The notes under the pieces are model-generated. The model was not told the origin of the DNA. It saw only the letters and a program-made list of their open reading frames with translations, and did no database searches. A DNA stretch of 64,000 nucleotides, from contig JASHPK010000017.1 of the NCBI GenBank assembly GCA_030038095.1, forward strand, positions 8,689-72,688. The letters are read 5' to 3'. The position numbers and the translations under genes were made by a program. This stretch comes from Thermoplasmata archaeon (lineage in GTDB: Archaea; Thermoplasmatota; Thermoplasmata; Lutacidiplasmatales; UBA184). Of the stretch, positions 18,617 through 27,974 are shown in pieces. Numbering within the stretch: the first letter of the stretch is position 1; each line of letters starts with the position of its first letter.

Positions 18617-19606
18617 ATGGTAATCGGCAAGGGGTCCGAGAAACCCGTCCTCGAGTGGCTGCTCGAACCAGATCAACCCTCGGTCCGATACCTGACCCTG
18701 ACTCAGCTGATGGGCAAGCGCGATTCCATCCCCGAGGTCCGAGAGGCCAAGGCGATGATCCGGTCCATCGGCTGGGCCAAGGATACCCTCGCACGTCGAG
18801 ACCCGGGAGGCTGGTGGGTTCGCGACGGGGGCCGGATGGAGCCTCGCTTTCTGGGGACCCACTGGGCCATGCTCGCCCTCGCCGACCTCGGGGCGTCGCG
18901 CGACATCCCTCAAGTACGAGAGTCTTGCGAATACTGGATGGCAAAATCTCCCCTGGTCGGGGGTGGAGTGGGAGGGCTCGGGCAGGGGAAGGGGCACCAC
19001 TGCTTCACGGCCAATATGGCGCGAACCCTCCTTATGATGGGATACGAGGACGACCCACGAGTACGAAAGACCCTCGAGTTCCTGGTTCGGACCGCTCACC
19101 CCAAGGGAGGATGGAGCTGCCGCTGGAATCGAGACAGTCCGGCGCCTAGCAGGACTCTCGACGCCTGGGAGGGCCTGGCCGCGTTCGCCGCATATCCTCG
19201 CTCGAAGTGGTCCCCTTCCATGAGCGCATGCGTCGAGCGTGGGGCGGAATACTTCCTCGAGCGCGAGTTACACGTACAGGGTGATCGCTACGAGCCCTGG
19301 TATCGTTTCCACTGGCCGACACACTACTACTACGATCTTCTGGTCGGGCTAGACTGTCTGACCGCGCTCGGCTACGGAAAGGACCAACGGCTCGGCTACG
19401 CTCTCGAGCTGCTCCGCTCCAAGCGACGTAAGGACGGCAAGTGGAATCTGGATGCGCATCAGACGGATCCGGACCCCGAGGGTGCTCGCTGGTTCGCCGC
19501 ACACCCCGAAAAGCGCCCCACTCCGCTTGTGTTCGAGGAGGCAGGTCAACCGAGCAAGATGATCACGCTGAAGGCCCTGAGGATTTTGGATCGGGTCGGC
19601 TCCTGA
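18617..19606 (+). CDS. alpha/alpha-toroid repeat protein (prenyltransferase/squalene-oxidase-repeat-like)
   Basis: ORF 18569..19606, with ATG 18617 preferred. W/G-rich repeat motifs DPGGWW, HPKGGWSCRW and RKDGKWNLD. C-terminal PSKMITLKALRIL. The family call is from memory of the repeat pattern only. Confidence 0.55.
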   Translation: MVIGKGSEKPVLEWLLEPDQPSVRYLTLTQLMGKRDSIPEVREAKAMIRSIGWAKDTLARRDPGGWWVRDGGRMEPRFLGTHWAMLALADLGASRDIPQVRESCEYWMAKSPLVGGGVGGLGQGKGHHCFTANMARTLLMMGYEDDPRVRKTLEFLVRTAHPKGGWSCRWNRDSPAPSRTLDAWEGLAAFAAYPRSKWSPSMSACVERGAEYFLERELHVQGDRYEPWYRFHWPTHYYYDLLVGLDCLTALGYGKDQRLGYALELLRSKRRKDGKWNLDAHQTDPDPEGARWFAAHPEKRPTPLVFEEAGQPSKMITLKALRILDRVGS

Positions 19607-20007
19607 GCTCGGGCATTTCGTAGCGAGATTCGGACCGGTCACGGCGAAGAGTCGTCGGGCCAGGAACGGGGGTTGGCGACGAAGCCCCAGCAGTTTCGGC
19701 ACCCGGAGAGTCCGGTCATCGCTACGCACGCAGAAAGCTGCCGGGGCCAGGGATTCGCAAGAATGGTCGAAGCCTAGACGGACGGACTAGGCCTTAGGGC
19801 AGGGTCGTTACGTCTTGGAAGTTGGGCTACGCTGAGTGCCCGCCGGATGCAGCACGGAACGGACCTGCCAGACCCATTCGAGAATTGCAATCACAATCGC
19901 CCTAGGGGCTTCGTTGGGTGGGCGAACCCGGTTGCGGCCGCTCGCTTGGCGGCGCAGCCGAGGTAGCCGTTATTTTGGTATGTCGGCTTCACCCGGCAAG
20001 GTCACAC

Positions 20008-20769
20008 GTGAAAGGAGGCGGTTCGCCACACTCTCGGATCGCGAAGGGCGCGACGCGGCATCCGGTTGTAGGCCCTGCTCGCGACGAGTCTTCGCGAAAG
20101 ACCTCGGAGCTTTCCCTGGTCAGGGTGGATATCGCCGCCGGTTCGGCTCGCCACTGGATTCGCGACGTAACCGACCGATGGAAGCTCCGAGTCCGCTTTG
20201 ACGTCTGTCGATCGACCGGGCCCGATCTCTCTCGACTCCTGCAGGTGGTCGAACTGACCGGCGACCCAGGGGATCTCGGAGCGGCAGAACGGTACCTTCG
20301 GCAGCACCCGGGAATCGAGGCGCTTACTGTCATCGCCCTTTCCCCGTCGCGGCGGTTCGTCCGCGCCGTCACACGTATGCCGGAATCCTGTCGTCAGGTC
20401 ATCGAAGGCGGCGCGGTGTGCGCTCGGTGCCAGTTCGTTCCGGCTAAGGAGGCGGGGAGTGAGGACCGCTGGACACTTGTCGTGCCGAGGACCCCGGGGT
20501 CGCTCCGGGCGCTCGCCAAACTCCGCACCGCTCCGGAGCAGTCACGACCTCAGATCCTTCGCATGCGCCCGTTTGTTCCCGAGCAAACGCTCACTCCACG
20601 GCAGGCGACCGCTCTCGAAACAGCCTACCGCCTGGGGTTCTACGCTTTCCCCCGTCGGACGAATCTGATGGAGATCTCTCGCATTCTGGGAGTCAGTCGA
20701 GCCACCACAGCGGAACTCCTGCGACGAGCGGAGAGCAAGATCTTGGCGTCCCGGCTCGGCGAGCGTTGA
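20008..20769 (+). CDS. HTH_10 (bacterio-opsin-activator-type) transcriptional regulator
   Basis: C-terminal LTPRQATALETAYRLGFYAFPRRTNLMEISRILGVSRATTAELLRRAESKIL is the canonical Bat-type HTH. Start uncertain: GTG 20008 or GTG 20125; the track uses 19918. Confidence 0.65.
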   Translation: MKGGGSPHSRIAKGATRHPVVGPARDESSRKTSELSLVRVDIAAGSARHWIRDVTDRWKLRVRFDVCRSTGPDLSRLLQVVELTGDPGDLGAAERYLRQHPGIEALTVIALSPSRRFVRAVTRMPESCRQVIEGGAVCARCQFVPAKEAGSEDRWTLVVPRTPGSLRALAKLRTAPEQSRPQILRMRPFVPEQTLTPRQATALETAYRLGFYAFPRRTNLMEISRILGVSRATTAELLRRAESKILASRLGER

Positions 20770-20818
20770 ACTCGATCCCCCCGGCCTCCCGGCTCGAACT
20801 GGTAATGGTGCGCAGAAG

Positions 20819-21604
20819 TTAACGGCGCCTTGGGTTCTTCTTCTCACCGAACTTCGCCCGGGCCGCTCGGCTCTCCGCACTTCCTCGTAAGGGGTCCGCG
20901 AGGTCCTGCTCCAGCTGCAATGCGTCGGTGAGAGGAAGGTCCAGACCTCGACGCACCGCTTCGCGAGCTTGGCGGACCGCCCGGACCGGTAAGGCGGCGA
21001 TCCGCCTGGCGAGCAGTTGCGCTTCCGGTAGGAGACGGCGCTGAGCGACGACCCGATTGATGAGGCCGATCTCGTAGGCCCTCCGGGCGGAGATCGCCGC
21101 TCCGCTCAGGATCATCTCGAGCGCGAGATTCGGGGCGACGACCCGAGGTAGTCGTTGCGTTCCTCCTTGGCCCGGGATGATCCCCCACCGTACCTCCGGA
21201 AGACCGAAGGTCGCATTCGGGCTTGCGAGTCGGATATCGCTGGCAAGTGCCATTTCGAGTCCGAGTCCTAGACAGTAGCCGTTGATGGCCGCGATGATGG
21301 GCTTCCCGGGGTCGAAGTTGCGCGTCAGCCCTCCGATCCCGGGCTCTCGGGCCCAACGCTCGTGCCGCTCGCCGGGGTGGGACTCCGCATAGAAATCATC
21401 GAGACGGCCGAGGTCAATTCCCGCGCAGAATGCCTTTGTCCCGGCTCCGGTCAGAATCCCCACACGAAGCGCCGGGTCCCTCCGAAGACGGCTCCAGGCG
21501 TGAACGAGCTGGTCGTGCGATTCGGGGTCGATGGAGTTGAGGACTTTGGGTCGGTCGAGCGTCACGAGGAGCACGGGTCCCTGACGCTGGACGTGCAGAG
21601 GCAT
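20819..21604 (-). CDS. enoyl-CoA hydratase/isomerase (crotonase)
   Basis: 261 aa. LTGAGTKAFCAGIDL, AAINGYCLGLGLEMALASDIRLAS and GLPEVRWGIIPGQGGTQRL. Confidence 0.85.
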   Translation of the reverse strand: MPLHVQRQGPVLLVTLDRPKVLNSIDPESHDQLVHAWSRLRRDPALRVGILTGAGTKAFCAGIDLGRLDDFYAESHPGERHERWAREPGIGGLTRNFDPGKPIIAAINGYCLGLGLEMALASDIRLASPNATFGLPEVRWGIIPGQGGTQRLPRVVAPNLALEMILSGAAISARRAYEIGLINRVVAQRRLLPEAQLLARRIAALPVRAVRQAREAVRRGLDLPLTDALQLEQDLADPLRGSAESRAARAKFGEKKNPRRR

Positions 21605-21626
21605 GGCCCCCTCGACCTCGGCGATG

Positions 21627-21639
21627 TTAAGTGATTATC
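21627..21639 (-). promoter_or_regulatory. TATA-like box for the crotonase gene
   Basis: The minus strand reads GATAATCACTTAA, 23-35 nt upstream of ATG 21604, in an otherwise GC-rich divergent intergenic region. Confidence 0.3.
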
Positions 21640-21875
21640 CCCGAGAGAGGCGGCCGCCCGTGAGGAATGTTGGGGGAGTTCAGCATCGTCTCATCGAGAC
21701 CAAACCGGTAAGGGCGGGAAGTCCGTCGAGTACTCCCACGTCAGGGACTGGGGTCTTCGTATCACGCCGGAAGAGCCGCGAAGATCGGTCCCTGCGAGCT
21801 CGGGCGAACTTCGCGGTCGGGACGGATCGCCCCTCCCTTCCCTCGAGCCGGGACCGTCGTCCCCTTACCGGTTAG

Positions 21876-21883
21876 GTATAATC
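21876..21883 (+). promoter_or_regulatory. TATA-like box for the benzoyl-CoA operon
   Basis: GGTATAATC is about 15-20 nt upstream of GTG 21898 and about 30 nt upstream of the in-frame ATG 21913. Confidence 0.3.
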
Positions 21884-21897
21884 AGCATCCTCTCCGA

Positions 21898-23049
21898 GTG
21901 TCATGGCGTGGCATGCCCCCCCGAGCCGATCGGAGCCGTGCAGCAGTTGCCACAGATTCGAAGGAGACCCGTGCGGACCCGATCACTCCAGTTGACCCGG
22001 CTCGCGACGCGCTCCAAGGGGTCCTCTATGCGCGAACCGAGGGAGTTGCCCGCATTACGCTCAACCGACCCGAGTCGTACAATGCCTACGACACAGTCAC
22101 TCTGCGGGACCTTGCTCGCGCAGTCTGGAATGCCGCGGTCGATGACCGGGTTGGTGTGATCGTTCTCACCGGGAGTGGATCTCGAGCGTTCTGCACCGGC
22201 GGGGATGTGAAGGAATACGCCTCCCGCTTCGTGCGTCGCCCACAAGATTACTGGAAGTACATGGCGGTCTTCCGAGCGGCAGTCGAGTCGCTGCTTCGGT
22301 GTGGTAAACCGACGATCGCCCGACTGAACGGGATCGTGGTCGGGGGAGGGAACGAGCTGCACCTCGCCTGCGACCTTTCGGTCGCGGCCTCGCACATCTA
22401 TCTCGGACAGGTCGGCGTGGGAGTCGGCTCGGTGGCCAGCGGAGGGGCCACGCAGTGGCTACCGCTCGTCGTTGGGGATCGCCGGGCGCGCGCGATGCTC
22501 CTGATGAATGAGCGAGTCCCCGCGTCCCGGGCCGTCGAGTGGGGGCTCGTCACCACGATGGCCCCCTCGATCGCCCGGAATGGAGACTGGGTGACATCTC
22601 CGTCTCCGGAAGAAGTGAGCTGGGCGCAGAAAGGGGAGCGGGGGTACCGAATCGACCTCGAGAAACTGGACGACGCGGTCGATGCCCTGGCCGCGCGGCT
22701 TCTTGGGATGTTCCCCGAGTGTCTCCGGTACACCAAGGCTCAGACGAACTTCTGGAAAGAGCTCGCCTGGAACCAGACGGTGGGCCATGCTCAGGAGTGG
22801 CTCGCGCTGCACTTCGCTGCCGTGGAGCCGTTCGAAGGGATGCAAGCGTTCGTGGACAAGCGGCCTGCACGAGTGGCCGAGCTTCGGAAGAGAATCGCTC
22901 ATGGCGGCAGCGGCGACTACCTCCACGGTCCCCCGAGCCGGTCGTGCGGGCACTGTGGACAGACCGGACTTCCTGAGGAGTTCCGCTTCTGTGGTCGATG
23001 CGGTGCTCCCTTCGCCGGAGCGAGGGAACGGGATTCGGGCGTCGCCTAG
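21898..23049 (+). CDS. MenB/BadI/Oah-family crotonase, 6-oxocyclohex-1-ene-1-carbonyl-CoA hydrolase (Oah/BamA)-like, with C-terminal zinc ribbon
   Basis: 383 aa. ARITLNRPESYNAY, LTGSGSRAFCTGGDV, GGGNELHLACDLSVAA and GQVGVGVGSVASGGATQWL (MenB/BadI-type). There is a long insertion before FPECLRYTK, as I recall for Oah/BamA. C-terminal CGHCG-x12-CGRCG. The start may be ATG 21913. Confidence 0.7.
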   Translation: MSWRGMPPRADRSRAAVATDSKETRADPITPVDPARDALQGVLYARTEGVARITLNRPESYNAYDTVTLRDLARAVWNAAVDDRVGVIVLTGSGSRAFCTGGDVKEYASRFVRRPQDYWKYMAVFRAAVESLLRCGKPTIARLNGIVVGGGNELHLACDLSVAASHIYLGQVGVGVGSVASGGATQWLPLVVGDRRARAMLLMNERVPASRAVEWGLVTTMAPSIARNGDWVTSPSPEEVSWAQKGERGYRIDLEKLDDAVDALAARLLGMFPECLRYTKAQTNFWKELAWNQTVGHAQEWLALHFAAVEPFEGMQAFVDKRPARVAELRKRIAHGGSGDYLHGPPSRSCGHCGQTGLPEEFRFCGRCGAPFAGARERDSGVA

Positions 23050-23061
23050 GCAGAACGAACC

Positions 23062-24342
23062 ATGGAACCGACCGAGGGGACTGAGCCGAAATTCCTCGCG
23101 ACGGCCCGCGACGAGCAGCGCCGGATGGTCGACGAGTACTACACGAACCTCGCCACCGCGGGAGGACCGAAGAAGCCGGTCGCCTACATGTTCGTTGGTG
23201 GGAACCTGACCGAGATCGTCCGATCGTTCGGGTACGAGGTCGTGTTCCCCGAGATCGTCGGGCTCAATTGCGCCATCAAGCACGTGTCGCTCCCGAACAT
23301 CCTCCACGCAGAGTCACAGGGCTACGGTCTCGATGTCTGCGGCTACGTCAAGAACGACCTCGGGCTCCAAGAGCTCGGCGGCCAGACTCCATTCGGCCGA
23401 GTCCCTCCGCCGGATCTTCTCGTCTGTAGTTTCTCCGGCTGCTACATCTACGTGAAGTGGTGGGAGGCGCTGGCCGAGAAGTTCGGCTGTCCCCTCGTCG
23501 TGCTAGATGTCCCGTACATGCGAGCCAAAGAGCCCCAGGCAGAGGATCTCCAGTACCTGGTGGCCCAGCTGAACGAGTTCATCGCCCTGCTGGAGAAGAG
23601 GACGGGGCGATCGTTCGACCGGGCGGAGCTTCGGCGGGTACTCGAAAACTCCCGGCGCGCCGAACAAGGATGGGTGGACTATCTCGACTCCGGTCGCTTG
23701 CGACCGTCGCCCATCGAGGCGTACTTCGAGGCGGTCTTCTACATGTTTCCAATTAACGTGCTCCGCGGGACCGAGGAAGCCGCCGACTTCTATGCGACGG
23801 TCAATGCCGAGGTCGCCGAGAGGGTCCGGACTGGACGCTGTCCGGTGCCCGAAGAAAAGTTCCGTCTCGTCGTGGAAGGGGTCCCCCCTTACACCAATTA
23901 CCGGACCTTCTGGGATTTCTTCCGCCGGTGGGGCGCGGTCTCGGTCGCCGCGACGTATCCCAAGGTCGGTGGACTGTTCGACCGCGGGTTCCTCCACGAC
24001 CCGGCCCGGCCGCTCGAGAGTATCGCGGAGTACTCGCTCGGCGCTTACGTCAACCAGTCGTGGCCCCTGCGACGGAAGCTGATCGAGGAGTACGTTCGGG
24101 ATTTCGGCGCCGATGCCGTGCTCATCCACGGGATCAAGTCCTGTCGGTCGTTCACGGCGGGTCAGGGAGACCTCCGGGACTGGCTCATCCACGACCTCGG
24201 GATTCCGACGCTCTACATCGAGTCGGACCACGAGGACCCTCGGTACTTCGCTCCAGCGCAAATCAAGAACCGCATGGACGCCTTCTTCGAGTCGCTCGAC
24301 CAGCGTCGCGGGTCGACCCCGCTTCCGATGGTGAGGTCATGA
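23062..24342 (+). CDS. benzoyl-CoA reductase / 2-hydroxyacyl-CoA dehydratase family, large subunit (BcrB/BadE/BzdO-like)
   Basis: 426 aa. HgdB/BcrB-family features: VAYMFVGGNLTEIV, DVCGYVKND, LVCSFSGCYIYVKWWE, HGIKSCRSF. Confidence 0.8.
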   Translation: MEPTEGTEPKFLATARDEQRRMVDEYYTNLATAGGPKKPVAYMFVGGNLTEIVRSFGYEVVFPEIVGLNCAIKHVSLPNILHAESQGYGLDVCGYVKNDLGLQELGGQTPFGRVPPPDLLVCSFSGCYIYVKWWEALAEKFGCPLVVLDVPYMRAKEPQAEDLQYLVAQLNEFIALLEKRTGRSFDRAELRRVLENSRRAEQGWVDYLDSGRLRPSPIEAYFEAVFYMFPINVLRGTEEAADFYATVNAEVAERVRTGRCPVPEEKFRLVVEGVPPYTNYRTFWDFFRRWGAVSVAATYPKVGGLFDRGFLHDPARPLESIAEYSLGAYVNQSWPLRRKLIEEYVRDFGADAVLIHGIKSCRSFTAGQGDLRDWLIHDLGIPTLYIESDHEDPRYFAPAQIKNRMDAFFESLDQRRGSTPLPMVRS

Positions 24343-25127
24343 CGCTGGTCGCCGGAGTGGACATCGGCTCCACGACCGCGAAATGCGTGCTGATCGAGAA
24401 TGGGAAGATCCTCGGAAAGTCCCTCGCTCCCGTCGGGGTGGAGCTCGTCAAGGACGCCGAACGGTCGCTCGAACAGGCCCTCGCCGAAACCGGACGGGGG
24501 CGGGGCGAAGTGGCGGTGGTGACCGGCACCGGTTATGGTCGGTTCAAGGTCACGTTCGGTCAGTACACCGTGACCGAGATCGGTTGCCACGCGAAAGGGG
24601 CGCACTTCCTGTTTCCTGCTACGCGGGTCGTTCTCGACATCGGCGGGCAAGACACGAAGGCCATCAAGATCAACGAGAAGGGGGAGGTCGTCGACTTCGC
24701 GATGAACGACAAGTGCGCGGCGGGGACCGGACGGTTCCTAGACGTTTGCGCGGGAGCGCTCGGGCTCGATGTCAGCGAGATCGGATCCCTCTCGCTCGGG
24801 GCCCGACATCCGGTCAAGGTCACAAACACCTGCACCGTGTTTGCCGAGTCCGAGGTCTCCTCCTACGTCTCGCGGGGCAAAGAGGCGAAGGACATCCTCG
24901 CGGGCCTCAACGCGAGTGTCGTGAGCCGATCGCTCTCGCTGATGCAGCGTGTGGGGATCGAACCGGAAGTGACGTTCACGGGAGGAGTCTCTCGCAACGA
25001 GGGTGTCGTCCGGACCCTTGGCTACCGCCTGAAGCTTCCCGTGAATGTCAGTCCGCTCTCGCAGTACGTCGGGGCGATCGGAGCGGCGCTTCACGGCCTC
25101 GAGCGCAAGGAGGCCACCGCGACATGA
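24339..25127 (+). CDS. BcrAD/BadFG-type ATPase subunit (electron-activating module), copy 1
   Basis: ATG 24339 overlaps the upstream stop (ATGA). GVDIGSTTAKCV, LDIGGQDTKAI, MNDKCAAGTGRFLD, CTVFAESEV, FTGGVSRN. Confidence 0.8.
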   Translation: MTLVAGVDIGSTTAKCVLIENGKILGKSLAPVGVELVKDAERSLEQALAETGRGRGEVAVVTGTGYGRFKVTFGQYTVTEIGCHAKGAHFLFPATRVVLDIGGQDTKAIKINEKGEVVDFAMNDKCAAGTGRFLDVCAGALGLDVSEIGSLSLGARHPVKVTNTCTVFAESEVSSYVSRGKEAKDILAGLNASVVSRSLSLMQRVGIEPEVTFTGGVSRNEGVVRTLGYRLKLPVNVSPLSQYVGAIGAALHGLERKEATAT

Positions 25128-25936
25128 TTACCTGCGGACTCGACCTCGGATCCGGGACGACCAAGGGTGTCCTTCTCGAAGATGGCCAACGGATCCTCGC
25201 GAGCGCCTTCGCGCCGACCCGGGGGGCCCCGGTCGAGAGGGGTCGCCAGATCCTGGAACTCATGGCCGAGGAGGCGAACATCCTCCCCGGCGACGTCGAG
25301 TACCTCTGTACGACGGGGGCGGCGCGGTACGCTTTCCTCGACCGCAACCTGCAGGTGAGTGACATCACCGCCTCGGGCCGTGGGGCGGTCTTCCTGGCCC
25401 CGGGGACGCGGCACGTGGTGGACATCGGAAGCCAATCCTCGCGTGCGATGTCGGTGTCGGAGACTGGTCGGGTGATCCGGTTCAAGATGAACGAGAAGTG
25501 CGCCGCGGGTGCGGGGAGGTTCGTCGATCGCTGCGCGAAGTACCTCCAAGTACCGCTCGAGGAGATGGCCCCGAAGGCGCTCGCCTCGGCCCAGCCGAAG
25601 ATCATTTCGAGCGTTTGCGCGGTCCTCGCGGAGACTGAAATCATCAACAACGTCGCGGAGGAGGTGCCCCTCCCCGACATCCTGATGGGCGTTTTCCTCT
25701 CGCTTGCGCAACGGGCCTACATTCTGATGCGATACGTCGGGATCCAGCCCGAGGTCGCACTCGTCGGGGGTCTCGTGAAGAGCGAGGCCATGGTTCGAGC
25801 GCTCGAACGCACCGGGAAGATCTCGATTTCCGCCCACCCGATGGGGCAGCACGCGGCGGCGATCGGAGCGGCCATGCTCGGCTACAGTCGAGTCCAGAAG
25901 CTCTCCTCCAGGCCGGGCCGTTTGCCGGCGGCGTAG
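25124..25936 (+). CDS. BcrAD/BadFG-type ATPase subunit, copy 2
   Basis: ATG 25124 overlaps the upstream stop (ATGA). GLDLGSGTTKGV, VDIGSQSSRAM, MNEKCAAGAGRFVD, CAVLAETEI, LVGGLVKSE. Confidence 0.8.
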   Translation: MITCGLDLGSGTTKGVLLEDGQRILASAFAPTRGAPVERGRQILELMAEEANILPGDVEYLCTTGAARYAFLDRNLQVSDITASGRGAVFLAPGTRHVVDIGSQSSRAMSVSETGRVIRFKMNEKCAAGAGRFVDRCAKYLQVPLEEMAPKALASAQPKIISSVCAVLAETEIINNVAEEVPLPDILMGVFLSLAQRAYILMRYVGIQPEVALVGGLVKSEAMVRALERTGKISISAHPMGQHAAAIGAAMLGYSRVQKLSSRPGRLPAA

Positions 25937-27184
25937 GTGAGAAACGTGGGCTTCCAAACCCCGGCCGGAGCCGAGTTCGAGGCGCTCGATGCAGCTCCCC
26001 CGTTGGAGCTGACCGACTCGCTCGAGGAGTTTGCTAAAGCATCGTCGATAGCGGAAATCACCCAGCTCGCACGGGAGGTCGTTCTGGACCCGACCTATCC
26101 CACGGTTCGGGCCTGGACACGGTCCGGCCGTAGGGCCGTGGGATGTTTCCCCGTATACACCCCTCAAGAGCTCGTACATTCCATGGGACTTTTCCCCGTG
26201 TCGCTCCACGGGGGTGGGGAGAGCGTCGAGATCAGCCATGCAGACGCGGCGCTCGGCTCGTTCCTCTGCTCTATCAGCAAATCGACGCTCGAGCTCGCGC
26301 TCACGTCCCGGCTCGCCCCGTTTCGAGCGTTCGTCTTTCCGTACGTTTGCGACGTCAGCCGGAATGTGGAGGGAATCTTTTCCCGGGTCCTCCCAGGGGC
26401 AGAGACCTACATGCTCCACCTGCCCCAGAACTTCCACTCCGCGGCGACCGTCCCCTTCCTGACCGCCGAGTATCGTCGGCTCATCGCGCGACTCGAGAAG
26501 GCAGGGGGAGAGCCGTACGACCCCGAGCGATTGGCCGCCTCGATCGAGCTGTTCAATCAACAGCGGGCGGCGATCGCCGACCTCACGGCGACGAAGCGGA
26601 ACGAACCGGGGAAGCTTACGTTGACCGAATCGTACTTGGTGCGACGGCTTGGAGGACTGCTCCCCCGCGAGATTCATATCCCGCTCCTCCACCGAGTTCG
26701 CTCGGAACTGGCTCAGCGGCCCAACCGCACTAAGGATGCCATCCGGACCCTTCTGGTCGGGCCGTTCTGCGAGCAGCCCACACTCGACCTCATCGACCTC
26801 ATGGAGCAGGTCGGTTGCTACATCGTGGATGACGAGCTATTGCAGATTCACCGATGGTACGACCGCGTCGACCCTGGGGGGGACCCGCTCACGAACCTGG
26901 CCAGCGCGTACGTCCAGAGCCCCGTGGATATCGGGGTCCGCGCCGCTCCGACGACGAAGGGCGAGGCCATCCTCCGACGTGTCGGCGCCGCGGAGGCTCA
27001 AGGAGTGATCTTCCTGACCGCCAAATTCTGCGAACCCGCGCTCGAGGACGTCGTCCTCTACCGAAAGGCCCTCGAACGCGAGAAGATCCCGTACCTGCAT
27101 TTGGAGTTCGAGGAACGCTCCACCTCCTACGAGTCGGCCCGGCTTCAACTCGAGACGTTCGTGGAATCTATCCTCTTTGATTGA
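25937..27184 (+). CDS. benzoyl-CoA reductase / 2-hydroxyacyl-CoA dehydratase family, second large subunit (BcrC/BadD/BzdN-like)
   Basis: 415 aa. GTG 25937 directly abuts the upstream stop. VGCFPVYTPQELVHSMGLFP, FVFPYVCDVSRN, GVIFLTAKFCEP. Confidence 0.8.
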   Translation: MRNVGFQTPAGAEFEALDAAPPLELTDSLEEFAKASSIAEITQLAREVVLDPTYPTVRAWTRSGRRAVGCFPVYTPQELVHSMGLFPVSLHGGGESVEISHADAALGSFLCSISKSTLELALTSRLAPFRAFVFPYVCDVSRNVEGIFSRVLPGAETYMLHLPQNFHSAATVPFLTAEYRRLIARLEKAGGEPYDPERLAASIELFNQQRAAIADLTATKRNEPGKLTLTESYLVRRLGGLLPREIHIPLLHRVRSELAQRPNRTKDAIRTLLVGPFCEQPTLDLIDLMEQVGCYIVDDELLQIHRWYDRVDPGGDPLTNLASAYVQSPVDIGVRAAPTTKGEAILRRVGAAEAQGVIFLTAKFCEPALEDVVLYRKALEREKIPYLHLEFEERSTSYESARLQLETFVESILFD

Positions 27185-27192
27185 AGTGAGCG

Positions 27193-27966
27193 ATGTCGCG
27201 CGGGACTGGGTCGGTGCGAGTGGGCCGCACGGGGACACGGGCTACCATCGTCTGGGACCGACCTCCCCTGAACGTCTTTGACCTCGCGCTAATCGAGGAC
27301 CTCTCCGAAGTCCTCCGGTCCGAGCCGGTCCAGACCGCGCACGTGGTGGTGGCGAAGGGCGCCCGTCACCGCTGGAGCGCGGGCTTGGCCGTGGAGGACC
27401 ATCTCTCGAGCCGGGTTCGTCCCATGCTTCGCGCGTTTGGGGAACTCCTTCGCGCTCTTTGGGAAGTACCGGGTCCGGTCCTCGCGGAGGTGGAAGGGCC
27501 GTGTCTCGGCGGCGGCCTCGAACTATTGGGCGCTTGCGATCTGGCCATTGCGGGGGCCTCGGCCACGTTCGCACAACCCGAGGTGCGGCTCGGAGTCTTC
27601 CCCCCGTTCGCGGCCGTGGTGAACGGCCGGAGCTTGGGGCCGAAGCGGACGGCCGAGCTGCTCTTTCTCGGCGATACGATCGGCGCGGCGCAGGCGGAAG
27701 CGTTCGGCCTGGTCACGCGAACGGTGGCGGACGACACGATCGAGGACCTGGTGAACCGCACGACCGACCAGCTCGGTGGGTTCCGGCGGGAAACGCTCGT
27801 ATACCTCAAGAAGGTCCTTCACGAGAGCGAAGGTCCGCCGTGGGTCCTCCTCGAGCGCGCCGAGAGGACCTACCTCGAAGAGCTGATGACGCTGCCGGAC
27901 GCCGAAGAGGGGCTCCGGGCCTTCCTCGAGAAGAGGGCTCCGGTCTGGCCGGTACGAGGTCGGTAG
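27193..27966 (+). CDS. crotonase, cyclohexa-1,5-diene-1-carbonyl-CoA hydratase (Dch)-like
   Basis: 257 aa. DRPPLNVFDL, KGARHRWSAGLAVEDH, EGPCLGGGLELLGACDLAIA and FAQPEVRLGVFPP. The Dch assignment rests on operon context plus my memory of the Dch-type SAGVDVxxH motif. Confidence 0.65.
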   Translation: MSRGTGSVRVGRTGTRATIVWDRPPLNVFDLALIEDLSEVLRSEPVQTAHVVVAKGARHRWSAGLAVEDHLSSRVRPMLRAFGELLRALWEVPGPVLAEVEGPCLGGGLELLGACDLAIAGASATFAQPEVRLGVFPPFAAVVNGRSLGPKRTAELLFLGDTIGAAQAEAFGLVTRTVADDTIEDLVNRTTDQLGGFRRETLVYLKKVLHESEGPPWVLLERAERTYLEELMTLPDAEEGLRAFLEKRAPVWPVRGR

Positions 27967-27974
27967 GCGTCCCT

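Noticed and set aside
19306-19318. TTTCCACTGGCC, the reverse complement of a mini-ORB-like GGCCAGTGGAAA origin-recognition motif.
   Set aside because: It is a single copy inside a coding region, where it encodes RFHWP. It has no inverted partner and no AT-rich DUE. The paralogous remnant has a degenerate version, so the match is explained by protein coding.
18565-20020. Shared ACACGTGAAA(A)GG element containing a CACGTG palindrome at two candidate GTG starts (18565-18580 and 20004-20020).
   Set aside because: Exact identity is only 10 nt, and thousands of such chance 10-mer matches are expected in a 64-kb two-strand comparison. For the first gene I prefer a downstream ATG. This is worth a motif search genome-wide but is not supportable from this window.
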